From an uncultured Bacteroides sp. (GTDB lineage: Bacteria; Bacteroidota; Bacteroidia; Bacteroidales; Muribaculaceae), in the NCBI GenBank assembly GCA_964487725.1, contig CAZASF010000004.1, positions 9,907-73,906 of the forward strand: a DNA stretch of 64,000 bases, written 5' to 3'. The position numbers and the translations under genes were made by a program. Within the stretch, counting starts at the first letter, position 1. Every line of letters starts with the position of its first letter. This document shows positions 37,168-47,235 of the stretch, piece by piece. Under the pieces are notes generated by a model. It worked only from the letters and a program-made list of their open reading frames with translations. It was not told where the DNA came from and made no database searches.

Positions 37168-37907
37168 AGTTTTTCCAAGTCAGCGGGAGTGTCAATGCTG
37201 ATGGGGTGATTATCGGTCAGGGCTATGCGGATTCTGTAGCCGGCTTGAAGCCATCGCAACTGCTCAAGTTTCTCGGCGCGTTCGGCTGAGGATTCCGGTA
37301 GCGTCACGATCCGTTCAAGAACCTCCCGGCGGAATCCGTAGGTGCCGACATGCATGAGAAACGGGGCGCTTTCGGGCCATTCTTTCCACACCACATCGCG
37401 CACGTATGGAATGATTGAGCGGCTGAAGTACAGTGCATCGCCGTTAATATCGGTCACCACTTTGGGATTATCGGGCGAAAACAGAGTGTCGAAACCCTCT
37501 TCCGCCTTGAATTTTCGGGCAAGAGTGGCGATGTTGACAGCCGGGTCTTTGAAGCATTCCGCAACTTTGCGAATGTCCGCCGGGTCAATTCTCGGCTCAT
37601 CGCCCTGTATGTTGACGATAATGTCAGGGGTAACTCCGAGTTGCCGTATTGCATCAGCGCATCGTGCGGTGCCGTTGGCCACTTTGCCGGAGGTCATCAC
37701 AGCGCGTCCGCCACGGCTCTCCACTGCATAAATGATTCTTGAATCGTCAGTGGCAACAAAGACGGCATCCGCTCCGAGAGCTTCGGCCGCACGTTCATAT
37801 ACGTGCATCACCATTGGCTTCCCGTCAATGTCGGCAAGCGGCTTGCCCGGAAAGCGCGTTGAGCCGTAGCGGGCCGGAATTATGCCTATAATGCTGTCTT
37901 GAACCAT
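37164..37907 (-). CDS. kdsB: 3-deoxy-manno-octulosonate cytidylyltransferase
   Basis: IIPARYGSTRFPGKPL, NIQGDEP, LYFSRS, EKLEQLRWL; ATG at 37907. Confidence 0.97.
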   Translation of the reverse strand: MVQDSIIGIIPARYGSTRFPGKPLADIDGKPMVMHVYERAAEALGADAVFVATDDSRIIYAVESRGGRAVMTSGKVANGTARCADAIRQLGVTPDIIVNIQGDEPRIDPADIRKVAECFKDPAVNIATLARKFKAEEGFDTLFSPDNPKVVTDINGDALYFSRSIIPYVRDVVWKEWPESAPFLMHVGTYGFRREVLERIVTLPESSAERAEKLEQLRWLQAGYRIRIALTDNHPISIDTPADLEKL

Positions 37908-38040
37908 ATTTTCCTGCAAATTTAGTGAATAGAAGTGACATGGCGGTGTGCGTGTAATGAAAAAAAGTGAAAAATTTGCAGAGCCATTTCAAAAGCATTA
38001 ATTTTGTGATTCAAATGCGTTTAAATCTGCTTAATGTCCA

Positions 38041-39402
38041 ATGAAAACATATAGATTACTGATATTAATGCTTGTTGCCGTGCTGACAGCTCCGGTAGCC
38101 TTTGCTGCCGTAGATTTGGAGGCGCTTGTGGCATCGGCAGAGAATGAGCCGAAGAATGCGCAGGCCAATCTCAAGGCAGGCAAGGCATTGCTTGAAGCGG
38201 GCGACTATGCGAGGTCGCGCAAATATCTAGAGCGTGGCGGCAATGAGGCTCTCCCCTGGATAGCGCAAATTGACTATGAGTTTTACCGGTTTGACGACGC
38301 AGAGGCGAAAGCGGAGAAATATCTTGATTCGAAACATGACGAGGCATCCGCTTCACATGCTGCTGCCGAAAAAATGTTGGAGCGCGTGGAGCTGGCCAAA
38401 ACTATGCTTGACCGCGTTGAGAGAGTGATAGTTATAGATTCGATAACGGTGGGTAAGGAGGACTTTTTCAAGGCCTATCGGATTTCGGCTCCTACCGGAC
38501 GAATCACCGGAACTGCCGGTCTTCCCTCAGGCTTCTCGGCTGCCACTCCTACAACAGTCTATGTGTCGGAAAACGGTGAAAAAATGCTTTGGGGTGCCCC
38601 GGACGCGGATGGACGGGTCAACATTGTTGAATCAACTCATCTGGCCGACAACTCGTGGGAGCAACCTTACGATGTCAGCGATAACCTGCAACTGGGAGGA
38701 AATGCTAATTTCCCGTTTCTCCTGTCGGATGGTATGACGCTTTATTATGCTTCTGATGGAGAGGGTTCTCTCGGTGGCTATGACATATATGTGACGCGCA
38801 ATGACGGTGACCGCTTCCTTAATCCGCAGAATATTGGTATGCCCTACAACTCACCACAAGACGATTATCTTCTTGCGATGGACGATGCCACCGGTGTGGG
38901 ATGGTGGGCCACTGACCGCAATATGATTCCTGATTCCTTGACCATATACGTGTTTATCCCGCAGGAACTTCGCGACAATTATCCTGTTGACGGAACTCCG
39001 GATCTCGTGAACAGGGCCAAAATAACATCCGTGTCCGCAACACACCGTCAGGGAGAGGATTACTCCCGATATATTGATGCAATAAAGGCCCTTCCAATGA
39101 TGGACGGAAAGTCAAATAACGTTGATGTTGCATTTGCTTTTTCGCTGCCTGACGGTAGGGTCATCACCTCGTTCAACGAGTTCTCCGAGCCGGAGGCCGC
39201 TGATCTAATGAGGGACTATCTGGAGGAGAAGGCAGAACTCGATGCGCGCCGTAAATCACTTCTGGAACTCAGAACCGCATATTCCAAAGGCGACAAAGCC
39301 TTGGCTGACACAATACTTTCTGAAGAACAGAAAATTGAGCAGCTCACCGGGCGGTTGCGTGCCATGTCAAACGCGGTTGTGAAAGCCGAGATGGGCAATT
39401 GA
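38041..39402 (+). CDS. Secreted TPR + PD40 (WD40-like) repeat protein
   Basis: Signal peptide; TPR helices; FPFLLSDGMTLYYASDGEGSLGGYDIYVT and NIGMPYNS. Confidence 0.8.
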   Translation: MKTYRLLILMLVAVLTAPVAFAAVDLEALVASAENEPKNAQANLKAGKALLEAGDYARSRKYLERGGNEALPWIAQIDYEFYRFDDAEAKAEKYLDSKHDEASASHAAAEKMLERVELAKTMLDRVERVIVIDSITVGKEDFFKAYRISAPTGRITGTAGLPSGFSAATPTTVYVSENGEKMLWGAPDADGRVNIVESTHLADNSWEQPYDVSDNLQLGGNANFPFLLSDGMTLYYASDGEGSLGGYDIYVTRNDGDRFLNPQNIGMPYNSPQDDYLLAMDDATGVGWWATDRNMIPDSLTIYVFIPQELRDNYPVDGTPDLVNRAKITSVSATHRQGEDYSRYIDAIKALPMMDGKSNNVDVAFAFSLPDGRVITSFNEFSEPEAADLMRDYLEEKAELDARRKSLLELRTAYSKGDKALADTILSEEQKIEQLTGRLRAMSNAVVKAEMGN

Positions 39403-39450
39403 CTTAAGCAGTAAGATTCTTTTAAAACATTAATAATCACATTTCTATAA

Positions 39451-40902
39451 ATGATAGCATTTTTAATCTCTCTCGCGGTGCTGATTGTGGGCTACGTAGT
39501 CTACGGCGCATTCGTTGACCGCGTTCTTGCCACAGATCGTAACCGTCCGATGCCGTCCGAAACCATGCGTGACGACATTGACTTCAAACCTCTTGCTCCT
39601 TGGCGAGTCTTTCTAATCCAGTTCCTTAACATTGCCGGCCTCGGTCCGATTTTCGGTGCCATAATGGGGATAATGTTCGGGCCTGCCGCGTTCCTGTGGA
39701 TTGCGCTTGGAACCATCTTTGCCGGCGGAGTCCACGACTTCTGTTCCGGTGTGATATCGGTACGTATGGGCGGCAAGTCACTTCCCGAGATTGTGGGTAG
39801 TCAGCTCGGCATGCCGGTTATGCAGTTTACCCGTTTTTTCACCGTCATACTCCTTGTCCTGGTTGCGGCGGTATTTGTCCTTACTCCTGCCGAACTACTT
39901 GCATCCATGACTCCTGACGTTCTGGACGCTAAGGTATGGATAATCGCTATATTTGCTTATTATATACTTGCAACACTCCTTCCCATTGACAAACTGATAG
40001 GTAACATTTATCCCGTATTTGGTTTCGCGTTGCTCTTCATGGCGGCCGGAATTATGTGCGTGTTGTTGTTTGGTGATGTTACTATTCCGGTTGATTTCAC
40101 ATCCGGATTCGAAAGCCATAACCCGAAGGGATTGCCTGTATTTCCAATGATGTTTGTCAGCATAGCATGCGGTGCAATCTCCGGATTCCATGCCACCCAA
40201 TCGCCAATGATGGCCCGCTGCCTTACCAATGAGAAGCTTACGCGACCCATATTCTACGGAGCCATGGTGGCCGAAGGAGTTGTGGCCCTTATATGGGCTG
40301 CCGCTGCAGTTGCGTTTACCGGCGGCTACGAGCAGCTTAACGCATATATGGCTGAGGCGGGACATTCTACCGGGACGCTCGTTCACGACGTTTCGTTCGG
40401 ATGGCTTGGTACGTTCGGAGGCATTCTTGCCGTTCTCGGCGTTGTTGCGGCTCCTATAACAACAGGCGACACCGCACTTCGCAGCGCAAGACTATCGGTG
40501 TCAGATATGATAGGTTGTGAGCAAGGCAGTATATGGAAGCGACTTGCAGTGGCAATTCCTATATTTGTGGTTACCGCACTGATAATTACCATTGATTTCA
40601 GTGTGCTCTGGCGCTACTTTGCTTGGTGTAACCAGACTCTGTCAGTATTCACTCTTTGGGCTGTGACCGTATATCTTTCGAGAAAGGCTAAACCTTACAT
40701 CATAACTCTAATCCCGGCCTGTTTCATGACGGTTGTAGCCGTAAGTTACCTCCTCGCAGCTCCCACTCCCGAGGGATTTGGCTTAGCTCAGGAGGTCGCT
40801 GTGTCTGCAGGTCTGACAGTGGCAGCACTTGTGACGGCTCTCTTTTTCTATTCCCGCCGCTCGTTCTCTCCCATTAACGAATCAATTGTGCAGAATGATT
40901 GA
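39451..40902 (+). CDS. cstA: Carbon starvation protein A family transporter
   Basis: IAGLGPIFG, GGVHDF, IACGAISGFHATQSP, PITTGDTALRS. Confidence 0.92.
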   Translation: MIAFLISLAVLIVGYVVYGAFVDRVLATDRNRPMPSETMRDDIDFKPLAPWRVFLIQFLNIAGLGPIFGAIMGIMFGPAAFLWIALGTIFAGGVHDFCSGVISVRMGGKSLPEIVGSQLGMPVMQFTRFFTVILLVLVAAVFVLTPAELLASMTPDVLDAKVWIIAIFAYYILATLLPIDKLIGNIYPVFGFALLFMAAGIMCVLLFGDVTIPVDFTSGFESHNPKGLPVFPMMFVSIACGAISGFHATQSPMMARCLTNEKLTRPIFYGAMVAEGVVALIWAAAAVAFTGGYEQLNAYMAEAGHSTGTLVHDVSFGWLGTFGGILAVLGVVAAPITTGDTALRSARLSVSDMIGCEQGSIWKRLAVAIPIFVVTALIITIDFSVLWRYFAWCNQTLSVFTLWAVTVYLSRKAKPYIITLIPACFMTVVAVSYLLAAPTPEGFGLAQEVAVSAGLTVAALVTALFFYSRRSFSPINESIVQND

Positions 40903-41704
40903 TTTTAAAGAGATCATAAAAGCAACGGATAGCTACAACTTCCATTCCCATACCCAGTTCTGCGATGGACGTGCTTCTATGGCTGAGTTTGCAAAGGCAG
41001 CCGTAGAGGCCGGTTTCCGGCATTACGGTTTCTCTCCGCATTCTCCAATCAGTGTGGAATCACCGTGTAATATGAGCCGTGACTCAGTCAGTGAGTACAT
41101 GTCAGAATTCCATAGACTTAAGGAAGAGTATTCCGGGCGGATAAATTTTTATGCAGCAATGGAGATTGACTACATTGACGGCAACTGGGGACCATCTAAC
41201 CCATATTTCGACACCGTACCTCTTGACTATCGTATTGGGTCAGTCCATTTCGTCCCAACACAGGACGGTGAACCTGTTGATGTAGATGGGAGTGTAGATG
41301 GATTCAAACGCAAGATGGCATCCAAGTTCAATGACGACATCCGTTATGTGGTCAACAAGTTCTATGACCAATCAATGGATATGCTGGCGGCGGGAGGGTT
41401 CGATATTATCGGACATTTTGACAAAATTGGTCATAATGCCTCACATTACTGTCCCGGAATTGAAGATGAACCATGGTATCAGGCCCGTGTCAACGAACTG
41501 ATTGACGCCATACTGCAATCAGGGGTTGCAGTGGAAATCAACACTAAGGCCCGGGAGAAATTTGGAAGATTTTTCCCTAATGAGCGATATTGGAAACGTC
41601 TTAAGGAGGGCGGAGCCACAATTCTTGTGAACAGTGATGCGCACTATACGGAACGCATCAATGCCTCCAGAGCCGAGGCCCTGAAGGCATTGAAACTTTT
41701 GTGA
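40895..41704 (+). CDS. PHP-family histidinol phosphatase-like hydrolase
   Basis: HSHTQFCDG, SPHSP, GSVHF, GHFD, NSDAH. Confidence 0.88.
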   Translation: MIDFKEIIKATDSYNFHSHTQFCDGRASMAEFAKAAVEAGFRHYGFSPHSPISVESPCNMSRDSVSEYMSEFHRLKEEYSGRINFYAAMEIDYIDGNWGPSNPYFDTVPLDYRIGSVHFVPTQDGEPVDVDGSVDGFKRKMASKFNDDIRYVVNKFYDQSMDMLAAGGFDIIGHFDKIGHNASHYCPGIEDEPWYQARVNELIDAILQSGVAVEINTKAREKFGRFFPNERYWKRLKEGGATILVNSDAHYTERINASRAEALKALKLL

Positions 41705-41745
41705 AGCGGGGGCTGGAGGCTCCTGTCCACTACTGTTGTAGCTGA

Positions 41746-42444
41746 CTATTCAATACCCTTTTCATCAGCAACTTGTCCGGCTATCGCTTTCCAGCAGAGC
41801 ACTGCTACGACTGCACCTACAATCGGGCCAACAACCATGATCCAGAAATCGGGCCATGCTTCCGGGCTCCACAGTGCGGGGCCAAAGCTACGTGCGGGGT
41901 TCACTGAGCAGTTGTCGACTGTGATACCAACAGTATTGACGAGTCCCAAGGCGAGACCTATAGCAATACCGGCGAATTTGCCAAATCCTTTCTGTGCGTC
42001 AGTGGCTGCAAGCACAACCAGCACGAAGAAGAACGTGAACAGGCATTCCATCATCAGTGCCATGCCGGCATTAGCTCCCGGCTGCACAACGTTGGTGGCG
42101 AGAGAGGCTGCACCCGTTGTTCCTCCGAAATCAAAGCCCGGAGCCATGTCAACAAACCAATAGAGGAATCCTGCACCAATTGCGGCTCCGATAAACTGAG
42201 CCACTACGTAGCCGATACATTCTCCTATTTTCATCCTTCCGTCGAGCCACATGGCTATTGACACAGCCGGATTAACATGGCAGCCTGAGATGTTGCCTAT
42301 ACAGTAAACCAGACACAGCAGGACGAGTCCGAAACAGAGACCAATTCCGAGAACGCCGATTTTCGGACCGGCCAAAACCGCGCTACCGCATGCAAGTAGG
42401 ACCAGAAACATAGTTCCGATACACTCTGCCAGATATTTTTTCAT
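41746..42444 (-). CDS. aqpZ: Aquaporin/MIP channel
   Basis: Two NPA motifs (HVNPAVS, SVNPARS). Confidence 0.92.
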   Translation of the reverse strand: MKKYLAECIGTMFLVLLACGSAVLAGPKIGVLGIGLCFGLVLLCLVYCIGNISGCHVNPAVSIAMWLDGRMKIGECIGYVVAQFIGAAIGAGFLYWFVDMAPGFDFGGTTGAASLATNVVQPGANAGMALMMECLFTFFFVLVVLAATDAQKGFGKFAGIAIGLALGLVNTVGITVDNCSVNPARSFGPALWSPEAWPDFWIMVVGPIVGAVVAVLCWKAIAGQVADEKGIE

Positions 42445-42564
42445 AACTAAGATGGGGTTAGGTGAGTAATATGTTATTATATATTAAAGGACGCATTTAC
42501 CCCTGAAATTGTTCAGAGGCCAAATCAAATAGATTGATAAAAATTGCTATTTTTGTAGCTTGCA

Positions 42565-45500
42565 ATGACATCATATCTGAAATGGCCATATAAGATATTG
42601 CGGACATGCCTCATGATTGCGGTGGTCCTCGCGTTTCTAATTCCGGCATCGCTTTATGTAGCGTTGTCGCTGCCATTCGTACAGAGAGCTATTGCGGATA
42701 AAGCGGAGCAGGAACTTTCGAAACTGCTCACCGTTGAGGTAACAATTGACGATTTGTCGATAGTGCCGTTTAACCGACTGGCGTTGAAGGATGTCACAAT
42801 CATGGATTCAGCCGGTAAACCTGCCCTTAAGGTCAACCGGCTCGCGGCGGGAATAAGTCTGAACGATTATATTTTCAGAGGCAACATAGTGGTGACATAC
42901 GTGGAACTTTCCGGACTTGACGCCACGTTGTACAAGGCTACTCCTGAATCTCCGCTTAACATTCAGCCCATAATCGATGCTCTCAAGCCTAAAGACAAGA
43001 CCAAACCGCCCACTCAGTTCGACCTGAAAATCAGTACGGTTGTGATCAGGAACTCATCGCTGACCTACGATGTCCTATCCTTGCCGACAGACAGCGGAAG
43101 ATTTGATGTCAATCATCTTGCAGTCAGAAATCTTATGGCTGACGTGGTTCTGCCCAGAATCAAAAACGATGACTTCACCATTGATCTTCATAGGCTGTCG
43201 TTCATAGAGAAAAGTGGAGTTAAGGTTACTGATATATCGGGTCTGTTCCACATCACAAACCACGGAACAACTGCAAGGAATGTTACGGTTGACCTTGCCG
43301 CAACCCATCTTGCATTTGGCGACATAGCCCTGACATACGACAGTTACGATGAGTTGAAAAGACTATGGAGTGAGCGGCCGGTTGAGGTTGATTTGCTGAG
43401 TGGAAGCTATTTCGGGTCCACAGATCTTGTGTCTTTTCTGCCGCAACTTCGAGGTCTTGACATGACATTCTATACGGAATTAAATGCGCAGGCCACGAAG
43501 CAGCATGTCAGCATCAATCGCCTGGATTTCAAAACATCTTACGGCGCTCAGTTGTCGCTGTCCGGTGAAATTGACAATCCTGTGACCCCCAAAGAAATGC
43601 GGGTGAATATTCCTGATTTGGTAGTTAAAGCCGATGCTCCGGTCACACTTGATCTCATTTCGCGCTTCACTACATTGCCACGCAATGTCAGCACCATGAT
43701 AGCCAATCTCGGCAATACGGAGCTTCAGGCTGATGTAATCGGGTCATTGTCAGATGGCTCCATTGATGGATTCATAACTGCCGCCCCCGGAAAAATTGTC
43801 CTGAAAACAGACTATGCGCTCGGAAAAAGACCATCGCTCAAGGGCTCGGCAAACTTCAATGAATTCAGTGGACAACGTCTGATGCAGGGGATTGATGGCG
43901 CACTGTCAGATCTTGGGAATCTGACCGCTGACATGGATTTCGACCTGACACTCACCGGAAAGATACCGCAGGGGAAATTCCGCACTGAAATAGAGGATAT
44001 AGTGTATCGTCAGCATCACTTCACGGGGATTAAGGCGAAGGCGGAATCGGACGGCCACTCATATTCCGGAACTCTTGCCGTTGATAACCCCGGGGTGTAT
44101 GTGGATCTTGATGCCGTTGTTTCTTTGGATGGCTCGCATAAACACGTGTATCTCAATCTTGCTGCCCGCGACATAGAACCAGCGCTTTTCAATGTCGATA
44201 CTTCTCATCCCGAACGTCGGTTTTCGGTGTTCTGTATCGGTGAATTCAGCGGACCGGATATTGACCATATCGAAGGAGAACTTGATATTGATGACTTCAG
44301 CTACGGACATGGCAGCGAGTCAATCGTTTTGCAGGATTTCGACGTCACGCTTACAAACAATGATGGCTATAACGTGCTGAAGTTGAACTCTGACATAATT
44401 GACGGAACAGTTGAGGGTAGCTATCGCATCTCTGCCATGCCGAGAATATGTCGTAATATTATCGGAAGCGTCCTCCCGGCTTTGACATCACCGGGTGGAC
44501 ACGTTGCAACGATAAAGGAGACCGATGTTGACAAATTGTCTTATTCTTTCACTATCAAGGACACCGCGCCGCTTGATAAGTTTATCTCACTGCCTGTCAA
44601 GGTTATATATCCTGTTGTGATTGCCGGAGGAGTGGACGCTACCGAAAGGAGTATGACCCTCAGCCTTGATGCGCCCTATCTCCAGCAGGGAAATAAACTG
44701 ATAGAGAATACATCACTCATAGCCCGTCTGGGCGGAGCCGATGAGGCTGACTCGGTTGGCCGCGCCGATGTGACATTATCAACGATGATGCCTACGAAGA
44801 ACGGGCCGCTCACGCTCATGACATCGGCATACGCTGTGGATAACCAGGTCGATACCCGGGTGGAATGGAAAATCACCCGCGAACATGATTACTCCGGCAA
44901 TCTGAGCCTGTCAGCTTTATTCGACAGGAGTCCGGATGACCACCAGTTGCTCACACGCCTGAATGTCAACCCTGGGCAGCTCGTTTTCAATGATACCGTG
45001 TGGACTGTTGAACCATCTGTAATAGACATCAGTGGCAAAAGAGCGGAAATTCATGATTTTAGGGTAGGGCGTGACCGTCAGTTCGTAACGATCGAAGGAG
45101 CAGCATCTGCCAATCCCGCCGATACCATAACCCTGACCCTCGAGGATGTTAATCTTGACTACGTATTTGAAACTCTTGACATATCCACAGCCATGTTCGG
45201 AGGAAATGCCACCGGACGATTCTATGCCACTGACTTGTTTACTAAAAAGCCTAAGGCCTATACTGATGGATTGAAAGTCAGAGGACTGACATACAATCAG
45301 TCTCTAATGGGCGATGCTTCCATAAAATCGGCGTGGGAGCCAGGAATAAAGGCTGTCACAATAGATGCTGACATTCTTCAGCCTGACGGCAGGCATTCAT
45401 ATATCGTGGGAAATATAAAGCCGATGGCTGACTCGCTTGACCTTACATTTGATGCTGACAAAATTCAAATCGGGTTCTTGCTACCGTATATGTCGGCGTT

Positions 45501-47235
45501 TGCAACCGGTATAAGTGGCTATGCATCGGGCCATGCGCGGCTATACGGAAGTTTCAAACTAATTGATATGGTTGGCGATGTGTATGGCGAGGATGTGAAA
45601 CTTACGCTTGGGTTTACTAATACTTCGTACACGACTTCCGATTCAGTACATTTCCGCCCCGGCCGAATTGATATAGAAGGAATTACAATAAAAGATGCTT
45701 ACGGCAATACCGCTCTGGTTGACGGATGGGTCACTCACGAGTGCTTCAAATCGCCACGCTTTGATTTCCAGATTCATGATGCGCAGAAGCTTCTCGTTTA
45801 TGATGTGAAAGAGGCTCCTGGAAACCGGTGGTTCGGTCATATATTCGGCTCCGGCTCGGCATCGGTGAAAGGTGCTCCCGGGTATGTTGACATATCGGCC
45901 AATATAACCACAGATGCCAATTCAAGTTTCACGTTTGTGCTGTCAGACGAACTTGATGCGCAGGAGTATAACTTCATAACGTTCCGTGACCGAGACCGGG
46001 AGAAAAAGGACTCCATAGCCCGGCTCAATGCGCCCCCGGAGATTGTGCAGCAGCTTAAGGCTAAAATGGCTTCGCAAAATCAGGAATCACCTCCGAGCAT
46101 TTACCGAATCGACCTTTCGGCCGATGTAACTCCGCAGGCACTCGTTACTCTTGTCATGGACCCGGTAGGCGGAGACAAGATAAGGGCCTACGGCTCCGGG
46201 AACATGCGAATGGTCTATGATTCGGCAAATGAGGATTTGCGCCTAAACGGCACATATACCGTTGATCGCGGGAAATATAATTTCACGCTCCAGGACATTA
46301 TTATCAAGGATTTTACCATCAGGGAGGGCAGCTCAATAAAATTCAATGGCGATCCTTATGCCGCACAGCTCGATATTGCAGCTACATATAGCGTAAATGC
46401 CAATCTCTCTGACCTTGATGAGTCGTTCCTCGCTGACAAAGATCTTAACCGTACCAACGTTCCGGTCAACGCGCTGCTGTTGGTGACGGGCGATATGCGC
46501 AGTCCGGATATTAATTTTGACCTTGAGTTCCCCACGCTTACGCAGGATGTTTACCGCAAAGTTCGTTCGATTGTCAACACGGAGGACATGATGAATCGTC
46601 AGATAATATATCTTTTGGCCCTGAACCGCTTCTATACACCTGATTACATGTCGGCTACGAAGGGAAATGAATTTGTGTCAGTGGCATCATCGACCATCTC
46701 ATCGCAGCTGTCCAACATGCTCGGCCAGTTATCGGACAACTGGACTCTTGCTCCTAATTTCAGGTCTGATCGCGGTGACTTCTCCGACGTGGAAGTGGAT
46801 GTGGCCCTGTCAAGTCATCTGTTGAACAACAGATTGATTTTCAACGGAAACATAGGTTATCGTGACAAGGCGTTGAACAACAATTCATTCATTGGCGATT
46901 TTGACCTCGAATATCTTCTTAATCGCCGTGGAACCATCCGGCTCAAGGCATATAACCGTTATAATGACCAGAATTATTATGTGAAGTCGGCGCTGACAAC
47001 TCAGGGTGTGGGCATCATGTTCAAACGCGATTTTGACAACCTGCTATCGTTCCTTCGACCGCTGAAGGAGCATGATTCCGATTCCACTGAAGTGGCACCG
47101 ACGGCAAAGACCCCGGCCGGTTCTGAGAGTAAAAATACCAAAGCAGAAGCTGACAGTACAAGTCAGGGCAAGCCTGACTCGGTTCCTGCCACTATGATAA
47201 AAAAGGATGATTTTCTAATCATAAAACCAAAATGA
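42565..47235 (+). CDS. tamB: Translocation/assembly module TamB (DUF490) protein
   Basis: N-terminal TM anchor, long beta-taco-like body, C-terminal DEDLRLNGTY/LIFNGNIGY/QGVGIMF region; 1556 aa. Confidence 0.85.
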   Translation: MTSYLKWPYKILRTCLMIAVVLAFLIPASLYVALSLPFVQRAIADKAEQELSKLLTVEVTIDDLSIVPFNRLALKDVTIMDSAGKPALKVNRLAAGISLNDYIFRGNIVVTYVELSGLDATLYKATPESPLNIQPIIDALKPKDKTKPPTQFDLKISTVVIRNSSLTYDVLSLPTDSGRFDVNHLAVRNLMADVVLPRIKNDDFTIDLHRLSFIEKSGVKVTDISGLFHITNHGTTARNVTVDLAATHLAFGDIALTYDSYDELKRLWSERPVEVDLLSGSYFGSTDLVSFLPQLRGLDMTFYTELNAQATKQHVSINRLDFKTSYGAQLSLSGEIDNPVTPKEMRVNIPDLVVKADAPVTLDLISRFTTLPRNVSTMIANLGNTELQADVIGSLSDGSIDGFITAAPGKIVLKTDYALGKRPSLKGSANFNEFSGQRLMQGIDGALSDLGNLTADMDFDLTLTGKIPQGKFRTEIEDIVYRQHHFTGIKAKAESDGHSYSGTLAVDNPGVYVDLDAVVSLDGSHKHVYLNLAARDIEPALFNVDTSHPERRFSVFCIGEFSGPDIDHIEGELDIDDFSYGHGSESIVLQDFDVTLTNNDGYNVLKLNSDIIDGTVEGSYRISAMPRICRNIIGSVLPALTSPGGHVATIKETDVDKLSYSFTIKDTAPLDKFISLPVKVIYPVVIAGGVDATERSMTLSLDAPYLQQGNKLIENTSLIARLGGADEADSVGRADVTLSTMMPTKNGPLTLMTSAYAVDNQVDTRVEWKITREHDYSGNLSLSALFDRSPDDHQLLTRLNVNPGQLVFNDTVWTVEPSVIDISGKRAEIHDFRVGRDRQFVTIEGAASANPADTITLTLEDVNLDYVFETLDISTAMFGGNATGRFYATDLFTKKPKAYTDGLKVRGLTYNQSLMGDASIKSAWEPGIKAVTIDADILQPDGRHSYIVGNIKPMADSLDLTFDADKIQIGFLLPYMSAFATGISGYASGHARLYGSFKLIDMVGDVYGEDVKLTLGFTNTSYTTSDSVHFRPGRIDIEGITIKDAYGNTALVDGWVTHECFKSPRFDFQIHDAQKLLVYDVKEAPGNRWFGHIFGSGSASVKGAPGYVDISANITTDANSSFTFVLSDELDAQEYNFITFRDRDREKKDSIARLNAPPEIVQQLKAKMASQNQESPPSIYRIDLSADVTPQALVTLVMDPVGGDKIRAYGSGNMRMVYDSANEDLRLNGTYTVDRGKYNFTLQDIIIKDFTIREGSSIKFNGDPYAAQLDIAATYSVNANLSDLDESFLADKDLNRTNVPVNALLLVTGDMRSPDINFDLEFPTLTQDVYRKVRSIVNTEDMMNRQIIYLLALNRFYTPDYMSATKGNEFVSVASSTISSQLSNMLGQLSDNWTLAPNFRSDRGDFSDVEVDVALSSHLLNNRLIFNGNIGYRDKALNNNSFIGDFDLEYLLNRRGTIRLKAYNRYNDQNYYVKSALTTQGVGIMFKRDFDNLLSFLRPLKEHDSDSTEVAPTAKTPAGSESKNTKAEADSTSQGKPDSVPATMIKKDDFLIIKPK

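Noticed and set aside
37935-37944. GTGACATGGC shared with 12249-12258
   Set aside because: Different position and orientation relative to the nearest promoters; a 10-mer match can arise by chance
39414-39432. Possible Cur site upstream of cstA, and an AACATA half-site near aqpZ
   Set aside because: Only the right half matches; the left arm has several mismatches
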